Position numbers and translations under genes: made by a program
Notes under the pieces: generated by a model
The model's input: the letters and a program-made list of their open reading frames with translations, nothing else
The model's database searches: none
What the model was told of the DNA's origin: nothing
From: Lepidodermella squamata
Lineage: Eukaryota; Animalia; Gastrotricha
Assembly: GCA_047495785.1 (NCBI GenBank)
Contig: JBLDXI010000003.1
Coordinates: 4,500,989-4,564,988 of the forward strand
Length of the DNA: 64,000 nt
Reading direction: 5' to 3'
Shown here: positions 63,296 to 64,000 of the stretch, one piece after another
Numbering within the stretch: position 1 is the first letter of the stretch
Layout of the letters: the number at the start of each line of letters is the position of its first letter

Positions 63296-64000
63296 GGCAT
63301 CTGATGGTGGGGATAAAGAAAACAAATCATCGTTAGTTAAAAAATGAAATTCAAGAATCAATGCAAACTCACCAAATTTATATTCTCAAACGAATCATAA
63401 TAATAACAATATATTGGAATGTAAAAACTTAGAGCTCCCTATACGATCACAGAAAAACGAGATAATATTAATAAAAAGTTGGATGATGATGATGATGATG
63501 CAAGTTTGATCGGATTTTCACGAGTCGATATATCTCTCTCTGTATAGGGGCGAACACTTCAGCGATGCTACTTTTGCCCATGTATCCGGAATAACGGTGA
63601 AAGGAAACGTTTTATGCTGCGTCGGTTGACGCTAGTATTCACACGCGCCTTCGCTGCACGCGCCTAAGTGGCTCAATCAGAGGTGGTGAGCGTCACCGAA
63701 CACATCCGCTCGAAGAGGCTGAGCTAATAATAATGAATAATGCGCGTTTTCAAGTGTATTTGAGTGAGTTAGTTTATGTACATCAAGTGAAGTCCAAAGT
63801 GAGCGTCAACAGCTCTACGGTTTATAAACTGTGCGATTTATCATGGGACACGTAACTAAATTGCATATATTAGGCAAACTTTTGCTGCCGCAGCTGTGCG
63901 CACTACTCGCCGACCCGGCCCTGGGGTAGCAAGCGGTGTCGAATTACCTATTTCTTCTGTCAGGAAGAAACTTTGAGCGCGCTAGTCACCACCACACAAT

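Noticed and set aside
63373-63440. Additional coding exon of eya
   Set aside because: The donor at 63372 is good, but the frame joining the next exon has an in-frame stop just upstream, so it is treated as 5' UTR.

Overview
Eukaryotic (invertebrate metazoan) genomic DNA with mostly very short GT-AG introns of about 50-66 nt. The species cannot be determined from sequence alone. Splicing by hand gives seven protein-coding genes: Ssdp/SSBP (+, 1490-3548); a GT7 beta-1,4-glycosyltransferase, probably a GalNAc-transferase (+, 9320-10468); an atypical clan-2-like cytochrome P450 lacking the I-helix acid-alcohol motif (-, 10637-12621); two tandem, miniature, divergent nAChR-like Cys-loop receptor genes only 96 bp apart (+, 13858-15185 and 15282-16545); a 23-kb LAR-type receptor tyrosine phosphatase (3 Ig, 9 FN3, TM, D1, D2; -, 17972-41102); and eyes absent (-, 61049-63295). 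The ~20 kb between Lar and eya has no convincing genes. It contains four co-oriented copies of a repeat with a promoter-like core, two TA-flanked MITEs, a foldback element and a near-perfect hairpin. The strongest novelty candidates are the orphan Cys-loop receptor pair (possible chemosensory family, possible operon) and the divergently transcribed non-canonical P450. Exon boundaries are manual predictions with no transcript evidence.
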